A stretch of DNA of 64,000 nucleotides from Prorocentrum cordatum (lineage: Eukaryota): NCBI GenBank assembly GCA_963575745.1, contig CAUYUJ010000221.1:1-64000 (forward strand), given 5' to 3'. The first letter of the stretch is position 1. The number at the start of each line of letters is the position of its first letter. Below the pieces are notes generated by a model, which made no database searches, was not told the DNA's origin, and saw nothing but the letters and a program-made list of their open reading frames with translations. This document shows, piece by piece, positions 1-13,154 of this stretch. Position numbers and translations under genes: made by a program.

Positions 1-32
<32 letters not shown>

Positions 33-84
33 TGTTGTAGTAGTAGTAGTGGTAGTGGTAGTAGTAGTAGCAGTAGTAACTGGC

Positions 85-128
<44 letters not shown>

Positions 129-178
129 CCGTCGTAGTGGTAGTAGTCGTAGTCGTAGTCGTAATCGTAGTCGTAGTC

Positions 179-250
<72 letters not shown>

Positions 251-430
251 CTTGTTGTTGTTGGTCTTGGTAGTAGTAGTGGTAGTAGTAGTTGTAGCAG
301 TCGTAGTCGGAGTGGTCGTAGTAGTAGTAGTTGTTGTTTTCGTAGTAGTTGTAGTAGTTGTAGTAGTTGTAGTAGTAACTGTAATAGTTGTTGCTGTTGT
401 TGCTGTTGCTGTTGTTGTTGCTGCTGCTGT
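1..430. repeat. (GTA)n grading into (GTT/GCT)n microsatellite
   Basis: Directly visible trinucleotide runs; they produce the spurious poly-V/S/T ORFs. Confidence 0.95.
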
Positions 431-939
431 ATTTGTTGTTTTCTCATTGCTGAAGCGTAAGTATTGAATTGTTGCTGACCCCCCGCCTGGTACACATTGT
501 AGTTGTTCATGTGAAGTGCCTTTACCCGAGCTCGTACCGTGTTTCGCATCAGGCAAAATCTCGAGCGTCAAACTGCGTCCCTGGCCCCCGAGTTACAGCA
601 GCAACACAAATAATCAATTTAAGACTGTTCGCTCTTATCTGCTCGAGTGCCATACAACGCGTATTTCCCAAACCCTCGATACCCGCCCTCTTCGTCATCG
701 ATCGTGCTCCCTTTTGGGGGGTAGATCTTTCTGCCCTGCAGGCCGGGCCCCAGCAAGCGGCGGGGCGGCCGCGAACCGTCGGCCTGGCCAGCGGCAGCGC
801 TGATCGGCGGCAGCCCGACCCCAAGAGTGAAGGACAGGGGACCAATCACGACGACGGCGGCTTTGACGACGACGACCACGACGGCGACGACGACGACGAG
901 GGAAAATGAGAACGAGAGCGAGACCGAGAGCGACAGCGA

Positions 940-2197
940 GGCCACGAAGGGCAGGGCGGGGGCCACGAAGGGCGACAGCGGGGCCACGAAGGGCACGTGT
1001 ATGGGGCCACGAAGGGCGCGAACGACCAGCGGCCACGAAGGGCAGAGAATGCGTGGCCACAGGGGGCAACGACGGGGCCACACAGGGCAGCAACGGGCCC
1101 ACGTAAGGCAGCAAGGGGGCCGCAAAGGGCGACGGCGGGGCCACGAGGGGCGCGCGCATGGGGCCGCGACGGGCGCGACCGAGCGGGGGCCACGAAGGGC
1201 ATGCGTATATTGGGCCGCAGAGGGCTGCGAAGGGGCCGCAGAGGGCAGCGACGGGGCCATGAAGGGCAGCGAAGGCGCCGAGAAGGGCGACAGCGGGGCC
1301 ACGAAGCGCATGCATATGGGGCCACGACGGGCGCGAACAAGCGGGGGCCACGAAGGGCATGCAACGGGGCCACGAAGGGCAGCGAGGGGGCCACGAAGGG
1401 TGACAGTGTGGCCACGAAGGGCACGTGTATGGGGCCACGAAGGGCTCGAACGAGCGGGGGCCACGAAGGGCAGAGAATGCGTGGCCGCAGAGGGCAACGA
1501 CGGGGCCACAGAGGGCAGCAACGGGTCCACGTAGGGCAGCGAGGGGGGGCTGCTTCGGGGCCACGAAGGCTTCTAGGGGGCCACGAAGGGGCGCAACGGG
1601 GCCACGAAGGGAAGCGAGGGGGCCACGAAGGGCTGCAACGGGGCTACGAAGGGCAGCGAGTGGGCAGCGAATGCCTGCAACGGGGCCACGAGGGGCAGCG
1701 AGGGGGTCACGAAGGGCTGCCACGGGGCCACGACGGGCAGCGAGGGGGCCACGAAGGCTTGCAACGGGGCCACGAAGGGCAGCGATGGGGGCCACGAAGG
1801 GTGACAGTGGGGCCACGAAGGGCACGTGTATGGGGCCACGAAGGGCTCGAACGAGCGGGGGTCACGAAGGACAGAGAATGCGTGGCCGCAGAGGGCAACG
1901 ACGGGGCTGCCACGAAGGCTTCTAGGGGGCCACGAAGGGGCGCAACGGGGCCACGAAGGGAAGCGAGGGGGCCACGAAGGGCTGCAACGGGGCTACGAAG
2001 GGCAGCGAGTGGGCAGCGAATGCCTGCAACGGGGCCACGAGGGGCAGCGAGGGGGTCACGAAGGGCTGCAACGGGGCCACGAAGGGCAGCGAGGGGACCA
2101 CGAAGGCTTGCAACGGGGCCACGAAGGGCGACAGCGTGTCCACGAAGGGCAGCGAGAGGGCCACGAAGGGCTGCCACGGGGCCACGAAGGGCAGCGA
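940..2197 (+). repeat. ~21-bp satellite (GGCCACGAAGGG + ~9 variable nt)
   Basis: Tandem units such as GGCCACGAAGGGCAGCGAGGG and GGCCACGAAGGGTGACAGTGT, with internal higher-order duplications. Confidence 0.9.
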
Positions 2198-2949
2198 GAT
2201 CCCGATTCCTAAGTAAGCTGCGAGGGAGTCCCAAGTGTAAGCGCGACTCCTGGGTGCTTGAGTGTCGGGAGCGCGGCGCTTGAGTACATTGTGGGGAGTG
2301 CTAACGCAAGAGCGCGATTCTTGAATACATTGCAAGCAAATCTCCAGGGAGAGCGGGACTCCAGAGCGCCGAGGGAGCGATGTCATAATCAATTTCCATG
2401 AAGTCCCAAGCGAGAGCGCGATTCCTGAGTAAAATGTGAGGAAGTATCCGGCGGGAGCAGGGGTCTTGGCTAACTTGTGAGGAAGTCTCAGGCGAGGGCC
2501 GTTGTTGTTGTAATCCAGGGGCCAACAATTCAGTTTGTCCCTCGTGATTTTCCTTGGGAAGAAATAACAGGGTGCGGGCCTTGAGGGAAGTACTTCAATT
2601 GAAACAACAAAATGGTCACCAAAGGGTTGCGATCAACAACAGTTTTTGTTCATTAGTACGAGTTCAGCAACAACAGCAACAGCAGCAACAGCTCCTGCCT
2701 GATAATTTCGCGCCTGAGCCTTCCGTACGATGTAGAAATCGCGCTCTCGCCGGAGACTTCCTCACAATCTATTAAGATGCCGCTCTTCGATCGTCAGGAA
2801 TCGCGCTCTCGCTTTGGACCTCCTCACGATTTACTTTGGAGTCGCGATCCCGCTACCTACTTCCTGGCGACCCAAGCAGGATTCACGCTTCAACGACCCG
2901 CCTGCTCGACCCACCCGTCGAGGCCTGCCCGCTCGACCAGCCCTTTAGG

Positions 2950-3760
2950 GACTGCAGTCGCCGCTCGCTGCCCTTCGCCCGCCTTCGATGCCCCTTGTTA
3001 CCCGTACTGGTTCCGCGGTCGCCTTCGCTCGCTGCTCTCTTTGGCCCCGTCGTTGGCCCCTGTGGCGCCGCATTCTATGCCCTTCGTGGTCGCTGCTCGC
3101 AAGCGCTGGTCGTGGCCCCGCATGCTCTTCGTGGCCCCGGTGTCGCCCTTCGTGGCTCTCTCGCTGCCCTTCGTTGCCCCTTTGCTGCCCTCAAGTGTCC
3201 CCGCTGCCGCCCTTGGTGGCCCCATATACGAATGCTCTTCGTGGCCCCCGCTCGCTCGCGCCCGTCGTCGCCCCATATGCATGCCATTCGTGGCCCCGCT
3301 GTCGCCGTTGGTGTCCCCCTCGGTGCCCTTCGTGGCCCGGGTGCTACCCTCAGCGGCCCCGTCGCTGCCCTCCTGTGGCCCCGCATTATACGCCCTTCGT
3401 GGCCCCCGCTCGCTTGCGCCCTTCGTAGTCCCATACGCATGCCCTTCGTGGTCGCGCTATCGCCCTTCGTGGCCCCTTCGCTGCCCTTCATTGCCCGTTT
3501 GCTGTCCTCTGTGGCCCCGCTGTCGCCCTTTCTGGCCCCATATATGTATGCCCTTCGTGGCCCCCGCTCATTCGCGCCCTTCGTGGCCCCGCTGTCGCTC
3601 TTCGCGGCCACCTCGCTGCCCCTCGTGGCCTCGTTTCTGCTATCAGTGGCCCGTCCTTGCCCTTTGCGGCCTTATATACATATGCCCTTCGTGGCCCGTT
3701 CGCGCCCTTCGTGCCCCCCTTCGTGGCCCCATCACTGCCTTTCGTGGCGCCGCTGTCGCA
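2950..3760 (-). repeat. Same ~21-bp satellite, inverted
   Basis: Repeated CCCTTCGTGGCCCC, the reverse complement of the 940-2197 unit. Confidence 0.9.
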
Positions 3761-4712
3761 TCTTCTGGTCCCATATCTATATATGTTCCCTCCCCCCTAT
3801 CCCGTCCTTCCATCCGTTCTCTCTTCCCCTGCCTTAAGTGCTGCACGCAATTAGTGTTGCAGGTCTGAAAGGTATAGTCTTCAGGGGGTACGATCGAAGT
3901 CGAAGAGGGCGGGTATCGAGGCTTTGGATAGACGTGTTGAATGGCACGCGAGCAGATCGGAGCGAACAGTCTTAACATGATTGTTGTTGTTGCTGCTGCG
4001 GTAGCTGTTGCTGTTTTTGTTGCTGTCTTTGCGTCGTCGCGTTGTTGCGTTGTCGTCACCGTCCTCGCCCGTGACCCCCGCGCGACCCAGTCGCGACCCA
4101 CCCCGCGACCCCGCGACCCACCCCCGTCGTTCGTTCTCTCACTCCTACACTTGCGGAGGACGATCAATGGAGAGGAAGCATGTTGCCAAATAATCTCCAG
4201 ATGCCTGAAACGTGCTCCAAACATGCTTTAAACATGCTTAACACATGTCTGAAACATGTTTAGATCATGTTTACGACGTTTTGAACACATTTCAGGTTCA
4301 ATGATCGGACTGCTAGGGTGTCCACTGTCGTGGCGTCCGCAATCCTGCACGCCCGCAGCTGCGGGGTGCTGCGCACCTTCCGCGCGACCCAGCCGCGACC
4401 CACCCCGCGACCCACCCCGCGACCCACCCCCCGTCGTTCCCTCTCTCGCCCCTGCCCGCCCGCAGCTGCGGGCGTGCTGCGCGCCTCCCTCGGCCCCCCC
4501 CCGCCCCCGCCCGGCCCGCCCCGGCCGCCCCGCCCGCCCCCCGCCGCAGGAGCGGCCGCGGGCCGCCGCGCGGCCGGCCGGGGCGGGCGGGCGGGCGGCC
4601 CGGCGGCGGGCCCCGGCGGCCGAGCAGGACGCGGCCGGGAGGGCGATGGGGCGAGTCGGGGGCGGCAGAGAGGGCGGTGAGCAAGACGCGGCCGGGAGGT
4701 CGATCGGGCGAG

Positions 4713-4916
4713 TCGGGGGCGGCAGAGAGGGGGGTGGTGGTTTTAGGCGGGGGGTGGATCTCATGGCGTGGGCCAGGATCTTCCCCAGACGTCATGGCGC
4801 CGCGTTTTCTTTCACTATAGGTCCCTGGCCCCCCCCCCCCGCTGGGCCGCGCACGGGCCGCCGGCCATGATCTGCACCCCCCCCTCTTGGACGCCCCCCC
4901 TCTTGGCCGCTCCCGA
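4713..4916 (+). mobile_element. MITE family 2, copy a (TIR TCGGGRGCGGC...GCCGCTCCCGA)
   Basis: Terminal inverted repeats; flanked by GGCGAG on both sides; interior homologous to 5139, 30745 and 34687. Confidence 0.7.
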
Positions 4917-5138
4917 GGCGAGGGGGGGGGGGGCAGAGCTGCGGGCGGCCGGGGAGGAGGAGGCTCGGAGGGCACTAGGGCTGGGCCTGAACGGTGTTTT
5001 TTGGTGCTTTCGTGGGCCGTCTTCGTGTCGACCTTCGTTCTGCGGTGAGGAGCGGATTCGAGGCAAAAGCGAGGGACAACGAAGACAATACGAAAACGAG
5101 AAGCACCGTTTAGGTTCAGCCCTGGAGGGCACCAAGCA

Positions 5139-5316
5139 TGGGGGGCGGCCAGGAGGTGGGTGACGACCAGCGGGGGCCTTGGTATCTCCCCAGGTTTCAT
5201 GGCGCCTCTCCTCACTTCATTATGTCCCCGGCCCCCACCCCCTTGGGCCGCGCACATGCCGCCGGTCATGCTTTGCGTCCCCCACTGTTGGACGCCCCCC
5301 TCTTGGACGCCCCCGA
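5139..5316 (+). mobile_element. MITE family 2, copy b (degenerate)
   Basis: Shares the TCTCCCCAG..TCATGGCGCCTC..GGGCCGCGCACATGCCGCC..CTCTTGGACGCCCCC core. Confidence 0.6.
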
Positions 5317-5340
5317 AGCCATACCCAGAGGAGGAAAGGG

Positions 5341-5480
5341 TGCCCATACTGCTACCCTTCTCTCGTTTCCGCCTTGCTGGGCCTCCTGGGAGGCCCCCGT
5401 CCCCGGCGCCAGATTCGCCTCGAGGTCCTGGTCAGACCGCGCCCCAGGAGAGGTCCGGGGAGTAGCGGTATCGGTGCCTT
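5341..5480 (+). mobile_element. MITE family 3, copy a (GTRCCSATAC...GTATCGGTRC)
   Basis: Core GGGCCTCCTGGGAGGCCC..GATTCGCCTCG..CCTGGTCAGACCGC recurs at about 23640-23780 and 46181-46322. Confidence 0.6.
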
Positions 5481-5500
5481 CTGGTTCCCCCAATCACACC

Positions 5501-5680
5501 TACAGTGGAGGCCCATGCCAATAAACACCCTGCTTGCCTCCAGGGTGCCCTGGGTATCTTTGGTTTCGATGGTTTTGCTATGGGAAGCGTGACGTTCACA
5601 CGCGCCAGAAAAATTGACGTCCTGGGGTCTCAGGGTTGGGTTTCTTGTGGAAGGTTTCGTGTGGACTGGCCTCCCTTTAC
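5501..5680 (+). mobile_element. Dispersed repeat family 4, copy a
   Basis: CCAGGGTGCCCTGGGT..TTTCGATGG..TCAGGGTTGGGTTTCTTG also occurs at about 61165-61350. Confidence 0.55.
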
Positions 5681-6639
5681 ACCGATCCTGCTTCTTCTCC
5701 CCTCCTGGGGGCGGGGGCAGTGGGGTCGTGGCCCCTCTCGCCCGCCCCGCTCCCGCAGTGATCCTCGTCCTGCTGCTGCTGCTGGGCACTGGCATCGCAC
5801 CATCCCGAGTTTCCGGTCGGTGTCGCTTCGTCTGCACGCTGCCCCTTGGGCGGGAGTGCAGCCCCAGCGGCACTCACTGAGGCCCGCGGGATTATTGTTT
5901 GGCGGGTCCGAGGTGAGGGCTTGATGCTCCACCGAGCCGCGGGGCACTCTGGCTCATGCAGGCCGCCTGGTCAGCTGGAGACCCGCTCGCTCGGCGCCGA
6001 CTTGCTTTTTTCCCCTCCTCTTCTCCTCCTTGTGCCCCCCCAACCGGGGGCCTTTGTTTTATGAGTCCTCAGAGGAGAAACATGGACCACCACCGCCGAG
6101 AACCCATCGGTGGGGGACCGACCCCTGTGCGGTGGCACGCCTGAGCGTGCAAATCTTTTGATGTACGCATGTGTGAGCCAGGCACTCCAGCAGTGTGGGC
6201 CGCTGTTTCTCATCGAACCTCCAGTGCTCGCCTGTTGGAGTTGGAGCTGCCTCTGAGGTGAATTCTGTGATCTGTTTGTTGTCCTCTGTCACGCCCCCTC
6301 CCTGCTGCCTCCTCCCTGCTTTTGCCTCCCGTTCTTCCTGCTGGCGCTGCTTTATAGCATCCGCCTACATACCCGGGGCGCCCGAACACTGGCCAGCGGA
6401 ACTTCGGCCACGTTCGCGGGACTGCCCGTCTAGCTTTGGGCGCTTGGCGTTTGTCCGCCCGCTTTCCCGCTCCTCCTCCTTCGTTTGTCCTTCCTTCTCC
6501 TCCTCCTGCGGATACCGGAGCGTGCAGTCCTGTGCTGGTGGCTTTGAGTGGCCCGCACCTTTCGGGGCTCGCTCGGCGTGGTGGCTGCAGGGTAATCCAT
6601 GGCTGCTGGCTGCCGCCGCAGCGTGCTCAGTGCTACTGT

Positions 6640-6764
6640 TAAGTCGGGCATGTCCCTCTACAGGAGGGGAAGTCAAAATAGTCAAACACTAGTATGGGGG
6701 CGATGTTTCTATTGTTTTTCATTTTCTTTCCCAAATCCGCCTGTAGGAGGACATGCCCGACCTA
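6640..6764 (+). mobile_element. MITE family 1, copy 1 (TIR TAAGTCGGGCATGTCC..TACAGG / CCTGTAGGAGGACATGCCCGACCTA)
   Basis: ~25-bp TIRs and an AT-rich interior; degenerate 10-bp TSD GTGCTACTGT/CCGCTACTGC. Confidence 0.8.
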
Positions 6765-6865
6765 CCGCTACTGCCTGCCTGCCCGCTCTGTCCCTTTTCT
6801 TCTTCTCCTTCCCCTTGCTCCCTGTTCTTCCTCCGTGAGCTTGTGATCCACATGCTACAGTTCTG

Positions 6866-7062
6866 GGCCTCCTGGATGGGGTCGGAGAAGACGAAGTCGG
6901 AGCATCGTGCCGCATCGACACTGCATCGGCGATGCATCGCCGTCGTCGCCAGTGCGTCGCCGATGCCTTGCCGATGCATCGGCGATGCATCGCCGATGTG
7001 TCGTCGATGCGGCGAGGTCCTCCGCCCCCATCTACTCGGACCGGACCCCATCCAGGAGGCCT
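6866..7062. mobile_element. Foldback MITE family 5, copy a
   Basis: TIR GGCCTCCTGGATGGGGTC / GACCCCATCCAGGAGGCC with an internal CATCGGCGATGCATCGCCGATG palindrome; related copies at about 23790-23980 and 25899-26123. Confidence 0.7.
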
Positions 7063-7155
7063 CTGACAGTGGCGTGGCGGCCAGCATTTGGCACGGCTTT
7101 GACCATTCCGCGGTGGAGGGCAGCACATGGAGTGCCTGCGTTTTTTGGTATGTAC

Positions 7156-7186
<31 letters not shown>

Positions 7187-8179
7187 AAAGATAGATCTAT
7201 ACCATTTTATTTTTCATTTTTAAAAAGACACCTACACCGATCCCGGCCAGGGCTGGGCCCAGGATCAGCGTACACATGACATATACATATATATATATAC
7301 ATATATGTACAGAAATACGTATGCACATGCAATTAATTAGATATGTATCTTCTCACACACAGTAGCACATATCACATAGATGCCATCATACCCATGCCAG
7401 GAGGGCGTATGCTCCAATCCTGGGCCCAGGATGAGCCTGGCCAGGATCGGCGCCGGTGTGCACCCGGCGTCCTCCCCAGGAGAGGGCCGCGCCGGTGGGC
7501 CTTCGGCGCGAGCAGCGGACGGCGCAGGCGGCCCACAGGCAGCAGTGCAGGCCTGCACCCGCATGCGAACTCCACCCCTGCGGCTTCCATCGGCGCTCGG
7601 GCGTCGGACACCCCCGCTGAGCCTCACTTATGGCTGCAGGCATCCTTCGAGTGATGGGCCCTGGCCGGCGTTTCAGAGCTCTGGCCTGCGGGGGCTACGG
7701 TGGGGGCGTTCGTTCAGGAATGTGACCGGGAGGCTTCAGACCCTGCAGGATTCCTCGTCTCATGGGGGCGGCGGTGATATCCATGGCCAACTCCCGAGTG
7801 GAGTTCCACCGGCTTCCAGACCCCAGGTTCCTTCTCCAAGGGCTTCTTATCCAGTCACCCCACTGTGATTAGGGTTCACGTGTGGTTGCCCAGCAGGGAG
7901 GCGGAGAGGGCGATCAAGGCCGCCAGGACGGCCGAGGCGCTGGAGATGGCGAGAGCGAGGCTGAAGCAGGTGCTCCTCGGCGCGGGCGCCGCATGCCCCG
8001 CCGTGCCCGCCGAGGCGGAGCTCCTGGACTGAGGTGGCATCGTGCTCTCGCTCCTCCCGCCCGATCCGTGCCCCCTTCCCTCCGAGCTCGAGGGCCGCGT
8101 TGATGGGGTGGACGGAGATCAGAGCACCTGTCCCCCCAGTGTGGAATCGGATGTGCTACAGTGGCCTGGGTGGTACCGT

Positions 8180-8737
8180 TGTGTATATGGTATAATGGGT
8201 GCATGTGCATGTTCATGAGTACACGTGCATTTGTATGTATATGTACGTATGTATTCACACGCATGCGCATACACATGTAAATATATACATAGTATATTTA
8301 TACAGGTGTATATGTATATGTATACGTATATGTATATGTATATGTATATGCATATGTATATGTATATATATATGCATATACTTATGCATACATATACGTA
8401 TATATGTATGTATATGCTTATGTACATGTATATACGTAGGTGTATGTCTACGTACATATATATATATATATATGTGTATATGTCTATGTATGTGTACAGG
8501 TATATGTATGTGTATTTGCATCTGTGTATGTATATGTCTGTTTATCTGTATATGTCTATGTATACGTATATGTATCTGTCTATGTACATGTATATGTATA
8601 TGCATCTGTATATGTATACGTGTGTGTATAGGTATATATATGTATATATATATACATACATACATCTACATACATATGCATAGCTATATGTATACGTTTA
8701 TGGAATTTTATATGTAGATATATGTATATGCATATGC

Positions 8738-8777
<40 letters not shown>

Positions 8778-9092
8778 GTATATGCATATATGTATGTATA
8801 TGTATGCGTATATGTTTATGTCCATCTATATGTACGTGTATACGTATATATATATATATATATATATGTATGCATATGTATATGCATATGTATAGGTATA
8901 TGTATATGCACATGTATATGCATATGCATATGTATATGTATATGTATTTGTATATGTATATGTATATGTATGTGTGCATGTATACATGCATGTATATGTA
9001 TATGCACGTGTATGTGTAGTATACGTTTTGTATGCATACATGTGCATATATTTACAAAATTGATATACATATATAGTTATGTATATATGTAT
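8180..9092. repeat. AT-rich (TATATG/ATGT)n microsatellite
   Basis: Directly visible. Confidence 0.95.
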
Positions 9093-9099
9093 GAACGCA

Positions 9100-12000
9100 T
9101 ATCGAAGACACCTACGGCGAATCACCGCCGCCCCTGCCTTCTAGAATCGCCCATGTGGCCGGGCGTTGTGGCAAGAGCTCTGCCAAGCTATCGGACCATG
9201 TGTTCCCCCAACCGTTGTGGACCCCCCTCGGGGAACACTTGGGGGAGGATGGCGGGGAAGATCAGGAGGAGGAGGCGGAGGAGGAGGTGGTGGAGGATGA
9301 GAAGGAGGAGGAGGAGGAGGAGGAGGAGGAGGAGGAGGAGGAGGAGGAGGAGGCATCTTTGGAGCCTCTGGGGAGGGAATTCGGCGCCTTTCGGGTGGCC
9401 GGCGGGCTGGGCCGGAGCCCCAGGAGGAGTCCTTTTGGAAAAGAACCAAAACCAAAACCGAAAGGATCCAGCACGCCAGGCACCCCTGTGATGAGTCAAC
9501 AGGGGGCAGCGGATCGAAGACGCCTACGGCGAATCACCGCCGCCCCCTGCCTTTTTGGAAACGCCTATGTGGCCGAACGTTCTGGCCAGAGGCCTGCCAA
9601 GCTATCGGACCATGTGTTCCCCGAATCGGTTTGGAAAGCGTTCGGGGAACACGGTGGGCGAGGCTGGGCCGACTTGGGCCTCTCTTGGGGTGCTCCAGGG
9701 CCGTCTTGGATGCCATCTTGAGCGTCTTGGAGGCCTCTTGGGCCGTCTTGGGGGCCTCTTGGGGCCGTCTTGGGGGCCTCTTGGGCAGTTTTGGGGCCAT
9801 ACTGGAGACCTCTTGGGCGATCTTTGGGGGCTCTTGGGCTATCTCGGGCCGTCGGAAGGCCGAAAGGAAGCAAAGGTCAACCTTCGAAAACCTCTGGAAC
9901 ATCAGTGATTTTGGCCTTGTCGGGCCTTCCTGGAGGCCCTCTTGGAGGCCTCTTGGGCCGTCTTGGGCCATCTTAGGGCCATGTTCGGCCGTCTTGGTGG
10001 GCTCCTGGCCCGTCTAATGCCGTCGGAAGCCGTTTGTGGGGCCTCCCTGGGCCGACTTGGGGCCCTCTTGGAATGCTCCAGTGCCGTCTTGGAGGCCATC
10101 TTGGGCGTCTTAAAGGCCTCCCGTGCCGTCTTGGGGGCCTCTTGGGGCCGTCTTGGGGGCCCCCTTGGGCCGTTCTGGGGCCATCTTGGAGGCCTCTTGG
10201 GCGATCTTTGGGCGATCTTTCGGCGCTCTTGGGCCGTCTCGGGCCGTCGGAAGGCCGAAAGGAAGCAAATGTGAACATACTCTTAAAACACCTACGGCAA
10301 ATCACTCTTTTTGGCCTCTTCTGGCCTTCCTGGAGGCCCTCTTGGAGGCCTCTTGGGCCGTCTTGGGCCAGCTGCGAGCCACCTTCGGCCATCTTGGTGG
10401 GCTCCTGGCCCGTCTGACGCCGTCGGAAGCCGTTTGGAGGTCCTCTCTGGGCCGACTTGGGGTCCTCTTGGGGCGCTTCGGGGCCGTCTTGGAGGCCATC
10501 TTGGGCGTCTTGGAGGCCCCTTGGGCCGTCTTGGGGCCCTCTTGGGGCCGTCTTGGGGGCCTCTTGGGCCGTCATGGGGCCCTCTTGGAGGCCTCTTGGG
10601 CGATCTTGGGGCGACCTTGGGGGCCTCTTGCGCCGTCTCGGGCCGTCGGAAGGCCGAAAGGAAGCAAATGTCAAACTATAAAAACAACCTAAGGAAAATC
10701 AGTGATTTTGGCCTCTGCGGGCCTTCCTGGAGGACCTCTTGGAGGGCTCTTGGGCCGTCTTGGAGGCCTCTTGCGGGCCTAATGGGCCGTCGTAGACCAT
10801 TTTGAGGCCATCTTGGGCCGTCTTGGAGGCATCTTGGGGCCATCTTAGCCATCTTGGAGGCCATCTTGGGCCGGCTTGGAGACGTCTTGGAGACCATCCT
10901 GGGCCATCTTGGCCGTCTTGGACGCCATCTTGAGCCAACTGGAGGAAACAGGTGCACGACGGACGCGTTTTGAGATCTTTTCCGGGTGGCCGGCGGGACG
11001 GGCCGAAGCCCCAGGGGGAGTTCTTTTGGAAAAAGAACCAAAAGCCATATAGTTTGGCACGCCAGGCACCCCTTTGATAAATCAAAAGGGGGCGGCGGAT
11101 CGAAGACGCCTACGACGAATCCGTCGCCCCCTGCCTTTTTGGAAACGCCTATGTGGCCGAACGTTGTGGCCAGACCTGCCAAGCTATCGGACCATGTGTT
11201 CCCCGAATCGGTTTGGAAAGCCGCCTGGAGGCCATTTTGACCCTTTCGGGCCTTCTTGGAGGACGTCTTGGAGGGCTCGTGGGCCGTCTTGGAGGCCATC
11301 TTGAGCGTCTTGCCTTCGGCCATCTTGGTGGGCTCCTGGCCTGTCTGACGCCGTCGGAAGCCGTTTCGGGAGCCTTTCTGGGCCGACTTGGCCCTCTTGG
11401 TCTTGGAGGCCATTTTGGGCGTCTTGGAGGCCTCTTGGGCCGTCTTCGGGCCTTCTTGGGGCGGTCTTGGGGGCGTCATGGGGCCCTCTTGGAGGTCTCT
11501 TGGGCGATCTTGGAGCGACCTTGGGGGCCTCTTGGGCCGTCTCGGGCCGTCGGAAAGCCGAAAAGGCGCAAATGCCAACAGCCTTCCAACACCCAAGGAT
11601 AATCAATGATGTTGGCCCTTTCGGGCCTTCCTGGAGGACGTCTTGGAGGGCTCTTGGGCAGTCTTGGAGGCCTCTTGCAGGCCTAATGGGCCGTCGTAGA
11701 CCATCTTGAGGCCATCTTGGGCCGTCTTGGAGGCATCTTGGGGCCATCTTAGCCGTCTTGGAGGCCATCTTGGGCCGTCTTGGAGACGTCTTGGAGACCA
11801 TCCTGGGCCATCTTGGCCGTCTTGGACGCCATCTTGAGCCAAATGGAGGAAACAGAGGCACGACGGACGCGTTTTGAGATCTTTTCTGGGTGGCCGGCGG
11901 GACGAGCCGAAGCCCCAGGGAGAGTTCTTTTGCCATCTCATCCGGCACGCCGGGCGCCCCTTTGATACATCAAAAGGGGGCGGCGGATCGAAGACGCCTA

Positions 12001-13154
12001 CGGCGAATCACCGCCGCCCCCTGCCTTTTTGGAAGCGCCTATGTGGCCGAACGTTGAGGCCAGACCTGCAAAGCTATCGGACCATGTGTTCCCCGAATCG
12101 GTTTGGAAAGCCTTCGGGGAACACGTGGGCATCTTGAAGGTCATCTTGGCCGTCTGGAGGCCATTTTGACTCTTTCGGGCCTTCTTGGAGGACGTCTTGG
12201 AGGGCTCGTGGGCCGTCTTGGAGGCCATCTTGAGCGTCTTGGAGACCTCTTGGCCCGTCTTGGGGGTCTCTTTGGGCCGTGTCTTGGGCCTCTTGGGCGA
12301 TCTTTGGGGGCACCTGGGCCGTCTCGGGCAGTCGGAAGGCAGAAAACATGCAAATGCCAGAATTCTTCAAAAACCTACGGAACATCAGTGATTTTGGCCT
12401 TGTCGGGCCTTCCTGGAGGCCCTCTTGGAGTTCGGCCGTCTTGGTGGGCTCCTGGTCCCTCTGACGCCGTCGGAAGCCGTTTGGGGGCCTCTATGGGCCG
12501 ACTTGGGGCCCTCTTGGATTGCTCCAGGGCCGTCTTGGAGGCCATCTTGGGCGTCTTAAAGGCCTCCTGTGCCGTCTTGGGGGCCTCTTGGGGCCGTCTT
12601 GGGGCCCCCTTGGGCCGTTCTGGGGCCATCTTGGAGACCTCTTGGGCACCTCTTGGGCGATCTTTCGGCGATCTTTGGGGGCTCTGGGGCCGTCTCGGGC
12701 CGTCGGAAGGCCGAAAAGAAGGAAATGCCGAAATCCGTCAAAAACCTTAGGACAATCAAGGTTTTTGGCCTCTTCTGGCCTTCCTGGAGGCCCTCTTGGG
12801 GGCCTCGTGGGCCGTCTTGGGCCAGCTGCGAGCCACCTTCGGCCATCTTGGTGGGCTCCAGGCCTGTCTGACGCCGTCGGAAGCCGTTTGGAGGTCCTCT
12901 CTGGGCCGACTTGGGGTCCTCTTGGGGCGCTTCGGGGCCGTCTTGGAGGCCATCTTGGGCGTCTTGGAGGCCCCTTGGGCCGTCTTGGGGCCCTCTTGGG
13001 GCCGTCTTGGGGGCCTCTTGGGCCGTCATGGGGCCCTCTTGGAGGCCTCTTGGGCGATCTTGGGGCGACCTTGGGGGCCTCTTGGGCCGTCTCGGGCCGT
13101 CGGAAGGCCGAAAGGAAGCAACTGTCAAAATATTCAGAAAAAAACAATTCAGGA
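9100..13154 (+). repeat. Higher-order satellite: 10-11-bp CTTGGRGGCCT/CTTGGGCCGT units punctuated by AT-rich spacers and a ~130-bp module
   Basis: The module ATCGAAGACGCCTACG...AAGCTATCGGACCATGTGTTCCCC recurs at about 9100, 9512, 11099 and 11987. The array resumes at 19220-19550 after the retroelement. Confidence 0.9.

Larger units (their letters stand above)
596..4000. mobile_element. Large imperfect foldback structure with satellite-containing arms
   Basis: About 619-745 (TTAAGACTGTTCGCTC...CCTCGATACCCGCCCTCTTCG) is inverted at about 3857-3976 (CGAAGAGGGCGGGTATCGAGG...GAGCGAACAGTCTTAA). The GGCCACGAAGGG satellite of the left arm is mirrored by CCCTTCGTGGCC in the right arm. Confidence 0.55.

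Noticed and set aside
1..13150. Many long ORFs (up to 428 aa) over the GTA, GCCACGAAGGG and CTTGG repeats
   Set aside because: They are open in several frames on both strands because the repeats lack stops; low-complexity translations with no domain motifs.
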